Assembly: GCA_023389255.1 (NCBI GenBank)
Contig: JAEWER010000033.1
Coordinates: forward strand, 198-64,197
DNA: 64,000 nt
From: Bacillota bacterium
Lineage (GTDB): Bacteria > Bacillota > Clostridia > Saccharofermentanales > DTU023
Direction: 5' to 3'
The position numbers were made by a program, and so were the translations under genes. Shown here in pieces: positions 35,478-44,784 of the stretch. Position 1 is the first letter of the stretch; every line of letters starts with the position of its first letter. Under the pieces are notes generated by a model. It was not told where the DNA came from. It did no database searches and was given only the letters and a program-made list of their open reading frames with translations.

Positions 35478-38400
35478 TTAATATTCAGCAGCTTGCATAC
35501 GCAGATAATTCTGGTAACGCTCTTCTGCTGCTTTGGCTGCAGCATCGAATACTGCTTCCACACGTTCTTCCGAGTACTTCTGCAACAACGCTGAGTAACG
35601 AACTTCGTTTCTGACGAACTCTTGGTAAGGACGTTTCGGTGCTTTTGAAGTCAGCTTAAATGGATTCTTACCTTGTTCTTTCAGAGCAGGATTGAAGTTG
35701 TATAAGTGCCAGTAACCGCACTCAACTGCATCTTTCTCACGAGTTTGTGAAATGGTTAAGCCACCACGGATACCGTGTGAAATACAAGGTGCATATGCGA
35801 TAACCAATGAAGGACCATTCCAGGCTTCAGCTTCTGCCAAAGTCTTTAAGGTATGAGCTTGGTTTGCGCCCATGGCAATTTGGGCAACATAGACATAGCC
35901 GTAAGTCATAGCCATGGCACCGAGATCTTTCTTGCTGATGGGTTTACCACCGGCTGCGAACTGAGCGATAGCACCGATAGGTGTGGATTTTGAAGCCTGA
36001 CCACCAGTGTTGGAGTAAACCTCTGTATCCAGGACTAGGACGTTGATATCCTCACCTGATGCCAGCACATGGTCTAAACCACCGTAACCGATGTCATATG
36101 CCCAACCGTCACCACCTAAGATCCAGCTGGAACGTTTGACCAAGTAATCTTTCAGTTGCAAGATTTCTTTGACTAATTTTTGTACTTCTTCACTGCCACC
36201 TTGATGTGCTTCTAAAGCATGAATTAGGTCTTCAGTTAACTTGCGTTGCGCTTCACCCTTTTCGTAATTCTCTAACCAAGGTTTCAGGGCAGTTGCCACT
36301 TCACTTTCAGGCTCTAACTCTGCTAATTGATTCAATTTTGCGGTGGCACGAGCACGGATCTGTTTAGCACCTAAGTGCATACCTAAACCGTGTTCTGCTG
36401 CGTCTTCGAACAAGGAGTTAGCCCAAGTAGGACCATGACCTTCTGCATTGGTGCAATAAGGAGTTGAAGGTGAAGAACCACCATAGATTGATGAACAACC
36501 TGTAGCGTTAGAGATCTGCATTCTGTCACCAAACAATTGAGTGATCAGTTTGACATAAGGAGTTTCACCACAACCAGCACAAGCACCAGAGAATTGGAAC
36601 AATGGTTGTTCGAACTGAGAACCTTTGACGGTGCTCTTGTTCATCGGATTCTCTTTCTTGCTTAAGTTGATTGCATATTCCCAGTTCTCGACTTCGTTCA
36701 TCTGATCGGCTAACGGTTCCATAATCAAAGCTTTACCAGGAGCCGGGCAGACATTAGCACAAGAACCACAGCCAGTACAGTCAAGAGCTGAAACTTGGAT
36801 TCTGTACTTGTAGTTGTTGTAGGGTTTGGAGCCATCAACAGTGACAAAGCTTTCCGGTGATGCTTGGTCCTCTTCTTCCGTCAGCAAGAACGGACGAATA
36901 ACTGCGTGGGGACAGACATATGAACATTGGTTACATTGAATACATTTATCTTCTTGCCAGGCAGGGATGTTAACGGCAATACCACGCTTCTCATAAGCGG
37001 TGGTGCCTTGAGGCAAGGTACCATCTGCACGATCTGCGAATGCTGAGACAGGTAATGTATCACCTTTTTGTGCATTCATCACGTCCACAACATTGTTAAC
37101 AAACTCAGTTGCTTCACGGATAGGCAGGATGGTGTCTTGTGCGTTCTTCCAGCTTTCAGGAACTTGCACTTGGTGAGCGCTGTCAATACCAGCATCAACA
37201 GCTGCATAGTTCATGTTGACAATTTCTTCACCCTTGGCACCGTATGACTTAACGATCTGCTCTTTCATGAACTTAACAGCATCATCTACAGGAATTACTT
37301 GAGTAATTTTGAAGAATGCTGCTTGGCAGATGGTGTTGATGCGTGAACCTAAACCGATTTTGGCAGCTAAATCAACAGCGTTGATGGTGTAGAACTTGAT
37401 GTCATTTTCAGCGATGAAACGCTTCATTTGACCAGGTAAATGTTCGTCTAACTCTTCATCTGTCCACTGGGTATTGAGCAAGAAGCTACCACCTTTACGC
37501 AAGGGAGAAAGCATATCGTATTTGTCGACATAGCTTTGGTTATGGCAAGCAACAAAGTTAGCTTGATTGACCAAGTATGGCGAACGGATAGGTGAATGAC
37601 CAAAACGTAAGTCTGAAATGGTTACACCACCAGATTTTTTGGAGTCATAGGAGAAGTATGCTTGAGCATACATGTCGGTATGGTCACCAATAATTTTGAT
37701 GGAGTTCTTATTGGCACCAACAGTACCATCTGAACCTAAACCCCAGAAACGAGCTGCCACAGTTTTAGGATCAGCAACATCGATATTTTCTTCAATTTCT
37801 AAGGACAAGTGAGTTACATCGTCCACAATACCGATGGTGAAATTGTGACGAGGTTGCTCTTGCTTCAGGTGTTTGAAAACAGCATTGATCTGATCGGGAG
37901 TGGTATCTTTAGAACCTAAGCCATAACGACCACCAACAATCACAGGTGCATTTTCAACTTCTTTATAAGCATTGACCACATCTAAATACAGCGGCTCGCC
38001 AGCTGCACCAGATTCTTTGGTTCTGTCTAAGACAGCAATCTTCTTAACAGTCTTAGGCATTGCTTCTAACATATGTTTGATACTGAAAGGACGATATAAG
38101 TGAACATTTAACACACCCACTTTTTCGCCACGTGCATTCAAGTAATCAACAGTTTCAATACAGGTATCAACTACTGAACCCATACAGACGATGACCCGCT
38201 CTGCATCTTCTGCACCATAGTAATTAAACAAGCGATAATCACGACCAGTGATCTTGCTAACCGCTTGCATGTACTCTTCAACCACACCCACAATGTTTTC
38301 GTAATAGGGGTTGGAAGCCTCGCGTGATTGGAAGAAGATATCAGGGTTTTGAGCTGAACCACGCAACACAGGCTTGTTGGGGCTTAAACCACGTTCACGG

Positions 38401-39011
38401 AAAGCTTCTACAGCCTCCATATCGACCAAGCCAACTAAATCATCGTAGTCGAGCAACTCAATTTTTTGAATTTCGTGTGAGGTACGGAAACCATCGAAGA
38501 AGTGTACAAAAGGTACACGACCTTTAATTGTAGCTAAGTGAGCTACAGCAGCTATGTCGTGAGCTTCTTGTACGCTTGATGATGACAGCATCGCAAAGCC
38601 TGTTTGACGTACTGCCATAACATCTGAATGATCACCGAAGATGGACAAAGCATGTGTTGCAATAGCACGAGCTGAAACATGGAAAACGCAAGGTAGTAAT
38701 TCACCTGCGATTTTGTACATGTTGGGGATCATCAGTAGCAGACCTTGTGAAGCTGTATAGGTGGTAGTTAAAGCACCAGTATTCAATGAACCATGAACAA
38801 CAGCTGCTGCACCAGCTTCTGACTGCATTTCAATAACGTTGACGGTTTGACCAAAGATGTTTTTACGGCCTTGTTGTGACCACTTATCTACATAGTCAGC
38901 CATCGGAGATGACGGAGTTATGGGATAGATACCTGCAACCTCTGAGAAAGCGTATGAGGTATAGGCAGCTGCCATGTTACCGTCCATAGTGATAAATTTA
39001 CGGTTTGACAT
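35478..39011 (-). CDS. nifJ: Pyruvate:ferredoxin (flavodoxin) oxidoreductase, single-chain NifJ type
   Basis: 1177 aa. Two 4Fe-4S ferredoxin motifs (CIQCNQCSYVCP, CTGCGSCANVCP) and a TPP-binding GGDGWAYDIG. Start ATG 39011 after AAGGAGA. Confidence 0.95.
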   Translation of the reverse strand: MSNRKFITMDGNMAAAYTSYAFSEVAGIYPITPSSPMADYVDKWSQQGRKNIFGQTVNVIEMQSEAGAAAVVHGSLNTGALTTTYTASQGLLLMIPNMYKIAGELLPCVFHVSARAIATHALSIFGDHSDVMAVRQTGFAMLSSSSVQEAHDIAAVAHLATIKGRVPFVHFFDGFRTSHEIQKIELLDYDDLVGLVDMEAVEAFRERGLSPNKPVLRGSAQNPDIFFQSREASNPYYENIVGVVEEYMQAVSKITGRDYRLFNYYGAEDAERVIVCMGSVVDTCIETVDYLNARGEKVGVLNVHLYRPFSIKHMLEAMPKTVKKIAVLDRTKESGAAGEPLYLDVVNAYKEVENAPVIVGGRYGLGSKDTTPDQINAVFKHLKQEQPRHNFTIGIVDDVTHLSLEIEENIDVADPKTVAARFWGLGSDGTVGANKNSIKIIGDHTDMYAQAYFSYDSKKSGGVTISDLRFGHSPIRSPYLVNQANFVACHNQSYVDKYDMLSPLRKGGSFLLNTQWTDEELDEHLPGQMKRFIAENDIKFYTINAVDLAAKIGLGSRINTICQAAFFKITQVIPVDDAVKFMKEQIVKSYGAKGEEIVNMNYAAVDAGIDSAHQVQVPESWKNAQDTILPIREATEFVNNVVDVMNAQKGDTLPVSAFADRADGTLPQGTTAYEKRGIAVNIPAWQEDKCIQCNQCSYVCPHAVIRPFLLTEEEDQASPESFVTVDGSKPYNNYKYRIQVSALDCTGCGSCANVCPAPGKALIMEPLADQMNEVENWEYAINLSKKENPMNKSTVKGSQFEQPLFQFSGACAGCGETPYVKLITQLFGDRMQISNATGCSSIYGGSSPSTPYCTNAEGHGPTWANSLFEDAAEHGLGMHLGAKQIRARATAKLNQLAELEPESEVATALKPWLENYEKGEAQRKLTEDLIHALEAHQGGSEEVQKLVKEILQLKDYLVKRSSWILGGDGWAYDIGYGGLDHVLASGEDINVLVLDTEVYSNTGGQASKSTPIGAIAQFAAGGKPISKKDLGAMAMTYGYVYVAQIAMGANQAHTLKTLAEAEAWNGPSLVIAYAPCISHGIRGGLTISQTREKDAVECGYWHLYNFNPALKEQGKNPFKLTSKAPKRPYQEFVRNEVRYSALLQKYSEERVEAVFDAAAKAAEERYQNYLRMQAAEY

Positions 39012-39074
39012 TTGCACTCTCCTTAACTAATACATTGGGGTCCACGGTTTACTCCGTGTATTTAAGATAAAACC

Positions 39075-39104
39075 ATCATAAAACTTCTGTTTTACCGTGG
39101 TCAA
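39075..39104 (-). promoter_or_regulatory. Candidate sigma-70 promoter of the PFOR gene
   Basis: Minus strand TTGACC (39104-39099), 18 nt, TATGAT (39080-39075). Confidence 0.45.
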
Positions 39105-39141
39105 GTTATACCTATAGATGGTCTTAAAGTTACGCTATCAC

Positions 39142-39157
39142 TGTGAGCGTAATCACA
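39142..39157. promoter_or_regulatory. Perfect CRP-consensus palindrome TGTGA-N6-TCACA
   Basis: TGTGAGCGTAATCACA. It lies in the intergenic region between the upstream terminator and the PFOR promoter. The centre is about 81-82 nt upstream of the predicted TSS. Confidence 0.5.
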
Positions 39158-39159
39158 AA

Positions 39160-39190
39160 ATAAAAAAGCCCAGCTAATAGCTGGGCGAGG
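39160..39190 (-). terminator. Rho-independent terminator of the 354-aa membrane protein gene
   Basis: Minus strand GCCCAGC-TATTA-GCTGGGC followed by TTTTTTATTTT. Confidence 0.8.
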
Positions 39191-39210
39191 AAATCATTTG
39201 TCAATTACTC

Positions 39211-40275
39211 TTACAGTTGAGCAACAGCTTGATCTTTCACTTTTTGGCTACCGACATAACCAGCAAATGAAGTTAAAACTAAGCCTAAGAGCAGAGCGAT
39301 GAACATGATGATAGAAGCGGTTGAAGCAACATTGGTTGCGGTTTCAGCAACTTGCTTACCTTGTTCAATGGTGCTATCAACAGTTTGCTCAAATTGAACT
39401 TTAGCATCGATCAGAGCTTGTTTGCCGTTCTCGATTTGTTTTTGAGCTTCTTGTTTAGCTTCTTGAATTTGGTTGTAGATGTTGTCTACAGCCTTATCTG
39501 CTTCTGCTTGTGACAACTCAGTGTTCTTAGCGACTGCAGCTTTGATGGCATCCTTGTCGACATTGGCATAGATGTGTTCAGCACGATCTTGCAACTTGTC
39601 AGCAACATTTTGGATTTCTTGGTCTGCGTTCTTAGGATTCATAGCAATCTGTTTAGCAGCTTCAACTAACTCATTTTTGGCTTGATCCAATTGACCTTGC
39701 AGATACTCAGGTTGCAGTTCAGGAGTATCGGTGTCACGCAGAACTTGCTTCATGTTTTCTTGCATTTCTTTGGTATCAACATCGCCGATTTGGCTGGAGA
39801 TTTGATCGCCTAAAGCACTTAAACCCTTGCCAGCAACATCAGCAACAGCACCGCTGGCAGAAGCAGCAGTCTTGCCAACAAAACCTAAAGTTTGACCAGC
39901 GATTTGACCTAAGGTGCTAACGGTACCAAAGACGGTTGAAGTCAGCATGATAACCATCAGGATCATGGACAGCGCCCAAGTTAAGAAGCCATGTAACATA
40001 CCAGTTCTACGAGCAGCTAAGCCTGCCACAAAACCACCAGCGAACAGTGAAACGATCAAAGCGATAGCGGTGAAGATTGCTACGCCAATACCAACACCAC
40101 CAGTGGGATTATTTGAAGTAGGGCTTAACAGACCAAAACCAACGGCTGAGGTCAGCAGCGAGAACATAAAAAACACTGCAAAGAAAGTAACGACGCCAGC
40201 AATTACTGATGACCAAGACAGGTTGAAACCAGCCTCAGTTGTAAAATGGCGACTCCAAAAAGTATCCTTTTTCAT
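39211..40275 (-). CDS. Membrane protein of unknown function: 4 Gly-rich TM helices, a ~180-aa Q/A/K/E-rich helical region and a C-terminal TM anchor
   Basis: AAAGGAG RBS, with its own terminator. N-terminal GGFVAGLAARRTGMLHG-type TM bundle. The helical middle has repeated polar heptad-like segments. C-terminal IIMFIALLLGLVLTSFAGYV. Confidence 0.7.
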   Translation of the reverse strand: MKKDTFWSRHFTTEAGFNLSWSSVIAGVVTFFAVFFMFSLLTSAVGFGLLSPTSNNPTGGVGIGVAIFTAIALIVSLFAGGFVAGLAARRTGMLHGFLTWALSMILMVIMLTSTVFGTVSTLGQIAGQTLGFVGKTAASASGAVADVAGKGLSALGDQISSQIGDVDTKEMQENMKQVLRDTDTPELQPEYLQGQLDQAKNELVEAAKQIAMNPKNADQEIQNVADKLQDRAEHIYANVDKDAIKAAVAKNTELSQAEADKAVDNIYNQIQEAKQEAQKQIENGKQALIDAKVQFEQTVDSTIEQGKQVAETATNVASTASIIMFIALLLGLVLTSFAGYVGSQKVKDQAVAQL

Positions 40276-40450
40276 AATTTCTCCTTTATTTGTGTGTTCA
40301 AAACGCTTTTCATGCTACTTCATCACCCTGTAGATTTCTAATAAATCATATAGCTTGTAATCTGCGATACGATTATTGAAACTGTTTATTTATTGCAAAC
40401 GCTAGCGATAGTGTTGCAATTAGTTAACTAATAAAAGAACACTAAATAAG

Positions 40451-40479
40451 AAGAGGCGAGCCAGTATAGCTCGCCTCTT
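40451..40479 (-). terminator. Probable terminator of pgk-tpi
   Basis: AAGAGGCGAGC (40451-40461) pairs with GCTCGCCTCTT (40469-40479). The minus-strand tail is CTTATTT. Confidence 0.6.
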
Positions 40480-40502
40480 TTGCTCACTTTTTCTTATGTT
40501 AT

Positions 40503-42449
40503 TTAGGCGTGGCAGATCACGGAGAAATCATCTGCTTTAAGTGATGCACCACCAACTAAGCCACCGTCGATATTGGGCATAGCGAACAGATCAGCTGCGT
40601 TCTTAGCGTTGACTGAACCACCGTATTGAATACGTACGGTATTAGCACATTTTTCACAGTACATCTCGGTCAATAATTTTCTGATAAAGGCACAGACTTC
40701 TTCCGCTTGCTCATTGGTTGCTGTTTTACCTGTACCAATGGCCCAAATCGGTTCGTAGGCTACAGTGATAAAAGGCAATTGGCAAGGAGCAATATCAGCA
40801 AAAGCTGCTTTGATTTGTCCCTCAATCCAGTTGAATGTATCACCAGCTTCACGTTGCTCTAGGCTCTCCCCACAGCAAATAATGGGCTTCACGCCATTCT
40901 CCAAGGCTGCTTTGACTTTCAGATTTACAGTTTCGTCTGTTTCACCAAAGTATTCTCTGCGTTCGGAGTGACCAATGATCACATAAGGTACTCCCATTTC
41001 GGCTAACCACTTAGCAGAAATTTCACCAGTATATGCACCGCTTTCGGCAAAGTGACAGTTCTGAGCTGCAATCTTAACATTGGTATACTGTGTCAGTTCC
41101 AAAGCCTTGCCTAGTACAGTAAAAGGAACACCTAGCACGATGGTTGAAGTCGCATCTTTAACCTTAGGCAGTAATTCTGTGATTAGTTTTTCGGCTTCAG
41201 CAACTGTTCCCTTATTCATTTTCCAGTTACCAGCAGCAAAAGTACGGCGAGGATCTTGATCTTGCAGAGCATCCAGACCAGGTAGAACTTTACCCTCTAG
41301 CAATTCGAGTGAGGCACCACCACCAGTTGAAATGTGCGTTACTTGATCTGCAAAACCTAATTGCTCAACAGCGGCTGCTGAATCGCCACCACCGATAATG
41401 GAAATAGCACCAGACTCAGCTACTGCCTTTGCCACTTCACGTGTACCAATAGCAAAAGCTGGGAACTCAAAGACACCCATCGGACCATTCCAAATTACGG
41501 TGCCTGCACCTTGTAAGGCTTGCTTGAACTCAGCGATAGTCTTTTCTCCGATATCCATTCCCATCCAATCACTGGGGATCTCAGAAGAGGCAACAGTTTT
41601 ATGTTCAGCATCTTTATCGAACTCTTTTGCCACAACATTGTCTGTGGGTAAAAGCAATTTAACGCCTTTGTCTTTAGCGGTTTGCATCAGTTCTTTGGCT
41701 AATTCGACTTTATCGGCTTCCAGTAATGAAGTACCGACTTCATAACCTAAAGCTTTTTGGAAAGTGTATGCCATACCGCCGCCGATGATTAGAGTATCGA
41801 CTTTCTCTAACAGGTTAGTGATAACTCCAATTTTGTCGGACACTTTTGCACCACCCAAGATAGCAACAAAAGGACGCTTGGGATTTGCGATAGCATCGCC
41901 CATTACTTCAATCTCTTTTTGGATCAAGTAACCCGCAACAGCAGGCAGGTAGTTAGCAACGCCAGCCGTTGAAGCATGCGCTCTATGGGCTGTACCGAAA
42001 GCATCATTGACGTATACTTCTGCCAAGGAAGCTAGTTCTTTAGCAAATGCAGGATTGTTTTTAGTTTCTTCTTTGTGGAAACGCACATTTTCCAGCATCA
42101 AAACTTCGCCAGGTTGCAAGGCTTCTGCTTTTGCTTTAGCATCTTCGCCAATTACGTCTTTAGCTAAGACAACTTTTTGTCCTAACAATTCACTCAAGCG
42201 CTCAACTGCAGGACGCATAGAAAACTTATCTTCGAAACCATTCTTTGGACGTCCTAAGTGAGAAACCAAAATGGTTTTAGCACGGTGCTCTACCAAGTAC
42301 TTAATTGTGGGCAGAGCTGCTCTAATTCTCTTGTCGTCAGTGATTGCGCCAGTTTCTTTGTCCAAGGGAACATTGAAATCGACACGTACTAACACACGTT
42401 TCTCTTGTACATCAATTTGTTCGATGTTCTTCTTCATCATTTGAGCCAT
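40503..42449 (-). CDS. pgk-tpiA: Bifunctional phosphoglycerate kinase / triosephosphate isomerase (in-frame fusion)
   Basis: PGK: [27 protein letters not shown]. Junction ...[23 protein letters not shown]: [24 protein letters not shown]. Start ATG 42449 after AAGGAGA. Confidence 0.92.
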   Translation of the reverse strand: MAQMMKKNIEQIDVQEKRVLVRVDFNVPLDKETGAITDDKRIRAALPTIKYLVEHRAKTILVSHLGRPKNGFEDKFSMRPAVERLSELLGQKVVLAKDVIGEDAKAKAEALQPGEVLMLENVRFHKEETKNNPAFAKELASLAEVYVNDAFGTAHRAHASTAGVANYLPAVAGYLIQKEIEVMGDAIANPKRPFVAILGGAKVSDKIGVITNLLEKVDTLIIGGGMAYTFQKALGYEVGTSLLEADKVELAKELMQTAKDKGVKLLLPTDNVVAKEFDKDAEHKTVASSEIPSDWMGMDIGEKTIAEFKQALQGAGTVIWNGPMGVFEFPAFAIGTREVAKAVAESGAISIIGGGDSAAAVEQLGFADQVTHISTGGGASLELLEGKVLPGLDALQDQDPRRTFAAGNWKMNKGTVAEAEKLITELLPKVKDATSTIVLGVPFTVLGKALELTQYTNVKIAAQNCHFAESGAYTGEISAKWLAEMGVPYVIIGHSERREYFGETDETVNLKVKAALENGVKPIICCGESLEQREAGDTFNWIEGQIKAAFADIAPCQLPFITVAYEPIWAIGTGKTATNEQAEEVCAFIRKLLTEMYCEKCANTVRIQYGGSVNAKNAADLFAMPNIDGGLVGGASLKADDFSVICHA

Positions 42450-42543
42450 AGAGATCTCCTTATGCAATCGCTCTTATGAGCTTCTTTGACTTAATTTATT
42501 ACATGGCAAAGCCATCTCTTCTATTCTATTACAGATTGTCTGC

Positions 42544-44682
42544 TTACTGTTGTGGCTGAAGTACCACTAGTTCTTCTGTCGAATATTTGGATTCTACGTA
42601 ACCATGCTTGAGATAGAGTTGGTAGATTTGATTTTGACCAGCTTGCTTACGTCTAATCACCAACAATTGGATAGCAGCATCAAACTTACCCTGTTGATGG
42701 AAATTGATATCGTAGAGTTCGCTAACATCACTCAGACGCGTGGTCAGAAAAGTTTCTGCTAAAATTGCTCGATCACGCGGTAATTCGTCTAATTGTTCGG
42801 CTACTAGCAAATCTGTTGCTTTTGTCTTTTCCCAATTGCTTAAGTTGTACAGATAGCCAGATAAATGAATACTATAAAAGAGCATCATTGTAATCAGACA
42901 GCTAACCACGCCACCTGCTACTACTTTATTCACTCTAAATTTAGGTTGTAGCTCACACAACGCCAATAAAGCTGAGAATAAAAGTAACGCTGTTGAGCCA
43001 TAGCCGTACTGAAAGCACAAATTGTATTGATAGGTATAATCGCTAAGCAAATTCATAATCACTAAAGGCATCACTAAAAACAATTGTGCGGGCTTGCGAT
43101 TGAGCAAAGGGAAAAATCCCAAAGGCAACATTACTAAAAATAAGTATGCCAACTTATCGTAGGTAAACATACCGCTCAGTGCATAAGTTGGATTGAGCAC
43201 ACAATTGATCAAGGCAGCTACCAGGCTAGTTTGTCCAGGAAGCATCAAGTTGCTAAAGCGATAAGTCATTGCTCCTGCACCACTACTATTTAGCCAACTA
43301 ACTAGGCAAAAGAAATATGCTAAGGGAAGCACAATATTGCTGAGTGCAAGCCAAAATCTTTCACTTAAATTGAACTTAAAAGACGAGCTAAAGAGAGCAA
43401 ACAAACCAAAAAAGGCTAGATAAAGTCCAGCATCTTCTTTTACCAACAAGATCGCTAAACTAAATATTGCTTGTAACCACCAGCGCTTTGTTAGGCAAGA
43501 ATATGCTAGCCATAACAAAAGAGGTGCTAAAAAGCAATTCTCATGCAAGTCGTATAGATTGTTAAGTGTAAAGGCTGGCATAGCTAAGTAGAGCAAGACG
43601 CTAAAAATGCGCAAACTCCGCTTTGCTGTTAAACGACGAGCACAGAGCCACAAAGGCAGAACGCCAGAAAATACCACCACGATCTGCGCAATCTGCAAGG
43701 TGCTGGGGTTGGGGAAAAGAAAATAGACGGGGTATAGCACATAGAAAATAGGCGACATGTGCACACGAAAATGAGATAACCATTGATCGCGTTCCAAAGT
43801 CGTTACAGGCCCTAACCCCTTATATATATTGGCAAACATTTGACTGAAAATACCGAAGTCATAAGTGGGCGTATGAAACATCTGTACACGCAAAACCATG
43901 ATACGTATTAAAAGCCCAACATGGAGCAAAAAGAAGATAGCTAGTATGACAAATGCCACCTTGTACCAGCGCAAATCTCCACGCTCAAATGCAATATGTC
44001 TATCTAAACGAGCGCTAAAAGAATTGTCGGATTCAGCTGTGCTTGTTATAGGAGCTGTTTTGGGTTGCTCTACCGCAACATCATTAGCACCAGCTGGTTT
44101 AATACCTTGTGACTTTCTTCTTCCCAACGTGCGCCAAGCTAGTAGCAACAGGTAGCAGGCTAAGCCCACGAGAGCCACAAATATTAAGGGTTGTACGGCT
44201 TGCCATTGTTGCTCATTCGTTAAGGTATACTTCCCCCACGTTTGTACATCTCTAATTTGGCTGTTTACGAGCAAGTAACATCCTTTAATTACGGAAACAA
44301 ACAATGTGCAAGGTAGTAAAAAATCACATTGTTTCAGCTTGAAAATTTGATAACCAGCAAGCGGAAGCAAGAGCACACTGTACCCCAAAGCCACAGAAGC
44401 GATAGGTGTTATCGCCACGACAAATAAAACATAGCAACAGAGTAGATACTTTACCTGACGATATGGATCGAGGATTTTTTGCCACGCCACACTCACCACG
44501 CAAGCGAGTAAAAATAGCAACGAAAATTTAAGAAGGGGGACAATATCTAAAGTCCAAAATAAATATTCTCTGTCACTGAAAACAACACTAAGCAAAATAA
44601 CAGTCAAGTAACCAGCTAGCAAGGTTAGCCAGGTGTACTGGCTTTTCAGTATCTCTGTTAATCTTTTCGCTTTTGTTTCCAC
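42544..44682 (-). CDS. Large polytopic membrane protein. The C-terminal ~480 aa are DUF2079-like (GT-C-type glycosyltransferase-like fold suspected). The N-terminal ~230 aa form an extra TM module.
   Basis: More than 15 predicted TM segments. The segment FHTPTYDFGIFSQMF...LSHFRVHMSPIFYVLYPVYFLFPNP resembles the DUF2079 signature. GTG start with GAGGAA upstream. Confidence 0.55.
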   Translation of the reverse strand: METKAKRLTEILKSQYTWLTLLAGYLTVILLSVVFSDREYLFWTLDIVPLLKFSLLFLLACVVSVAWQKILDPYRQVKYLLCCYVLFVVAITPIASVALGYSVLLLPLAGYQIFKLKQCDFLLPCTLFVSVIKGCYLLVNSQIRDVQTWGKYTLTNEQQWQAVQPLIFVALVGLACYLLLLAWRTLGRRKSQGIKPAGANDVAVEQPKTAPITSTAESDNSFSARLDRHIAFERGDLRWYKVAFVILAIFFLLHVGLLIRIMVLRVQMFHTPTYDFGIFSQMFANIYKGLGPVTTLERDQWLSHFRVHMSPIFYVLYPVYFLFPNPSTLQIAQIVVVFSGVLPLWLCARRLTAKRSLRIFSVLLYLAMPAFTLNNLYDLHENCFLAPLLLWLAYSCLTKRWWLQAIFSLAILLVKEDAGLYLAFFGLFALFSSSFKFNLSERFWLALSNIVLPLAYFFCLVSWLNSSGAGAMTYRFSNLMLPGQTSLVAALINCVLNPTYALSGMFTYDKLAYLFLVMLPLGFFPLLNRKPAQLFLVMPLVIMNLLSDYTYQYNLCFQYGYGSTALLLFSALLALCELQPKFRVNKVVAGGVVSCLITMMLFYSIHLSGYLYNLSNWEKTKATDLLVAEQLDELPRDRAILAETFLTTRLSDVSELYDINFHQQGKFDAAIQLLVIRRKQAGQNQIYQLYLKHGYVESKYSTEELVVLQPQQ

Positions 44683-44784
44683 TACTCTTTCCTCGTTCCT
44701 TTTACCAAACAGCTGTTGCTTGCTTCTACTGTTGTTTCTTTTCCTAATGTAAAATGATGACGATCCAATAAGGAGGATACTACT

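Noticed and set aside
39130-39152. TTACGCT-N9-AGCGTAA 7-bp-arm palindrome overlapping the CRP-type box.
   Set aside because: It shares its right arm with the left half of the TGTGA-N6-TCACA box. I treat it as secondary to that better-defined motif rather than as an independent operator.
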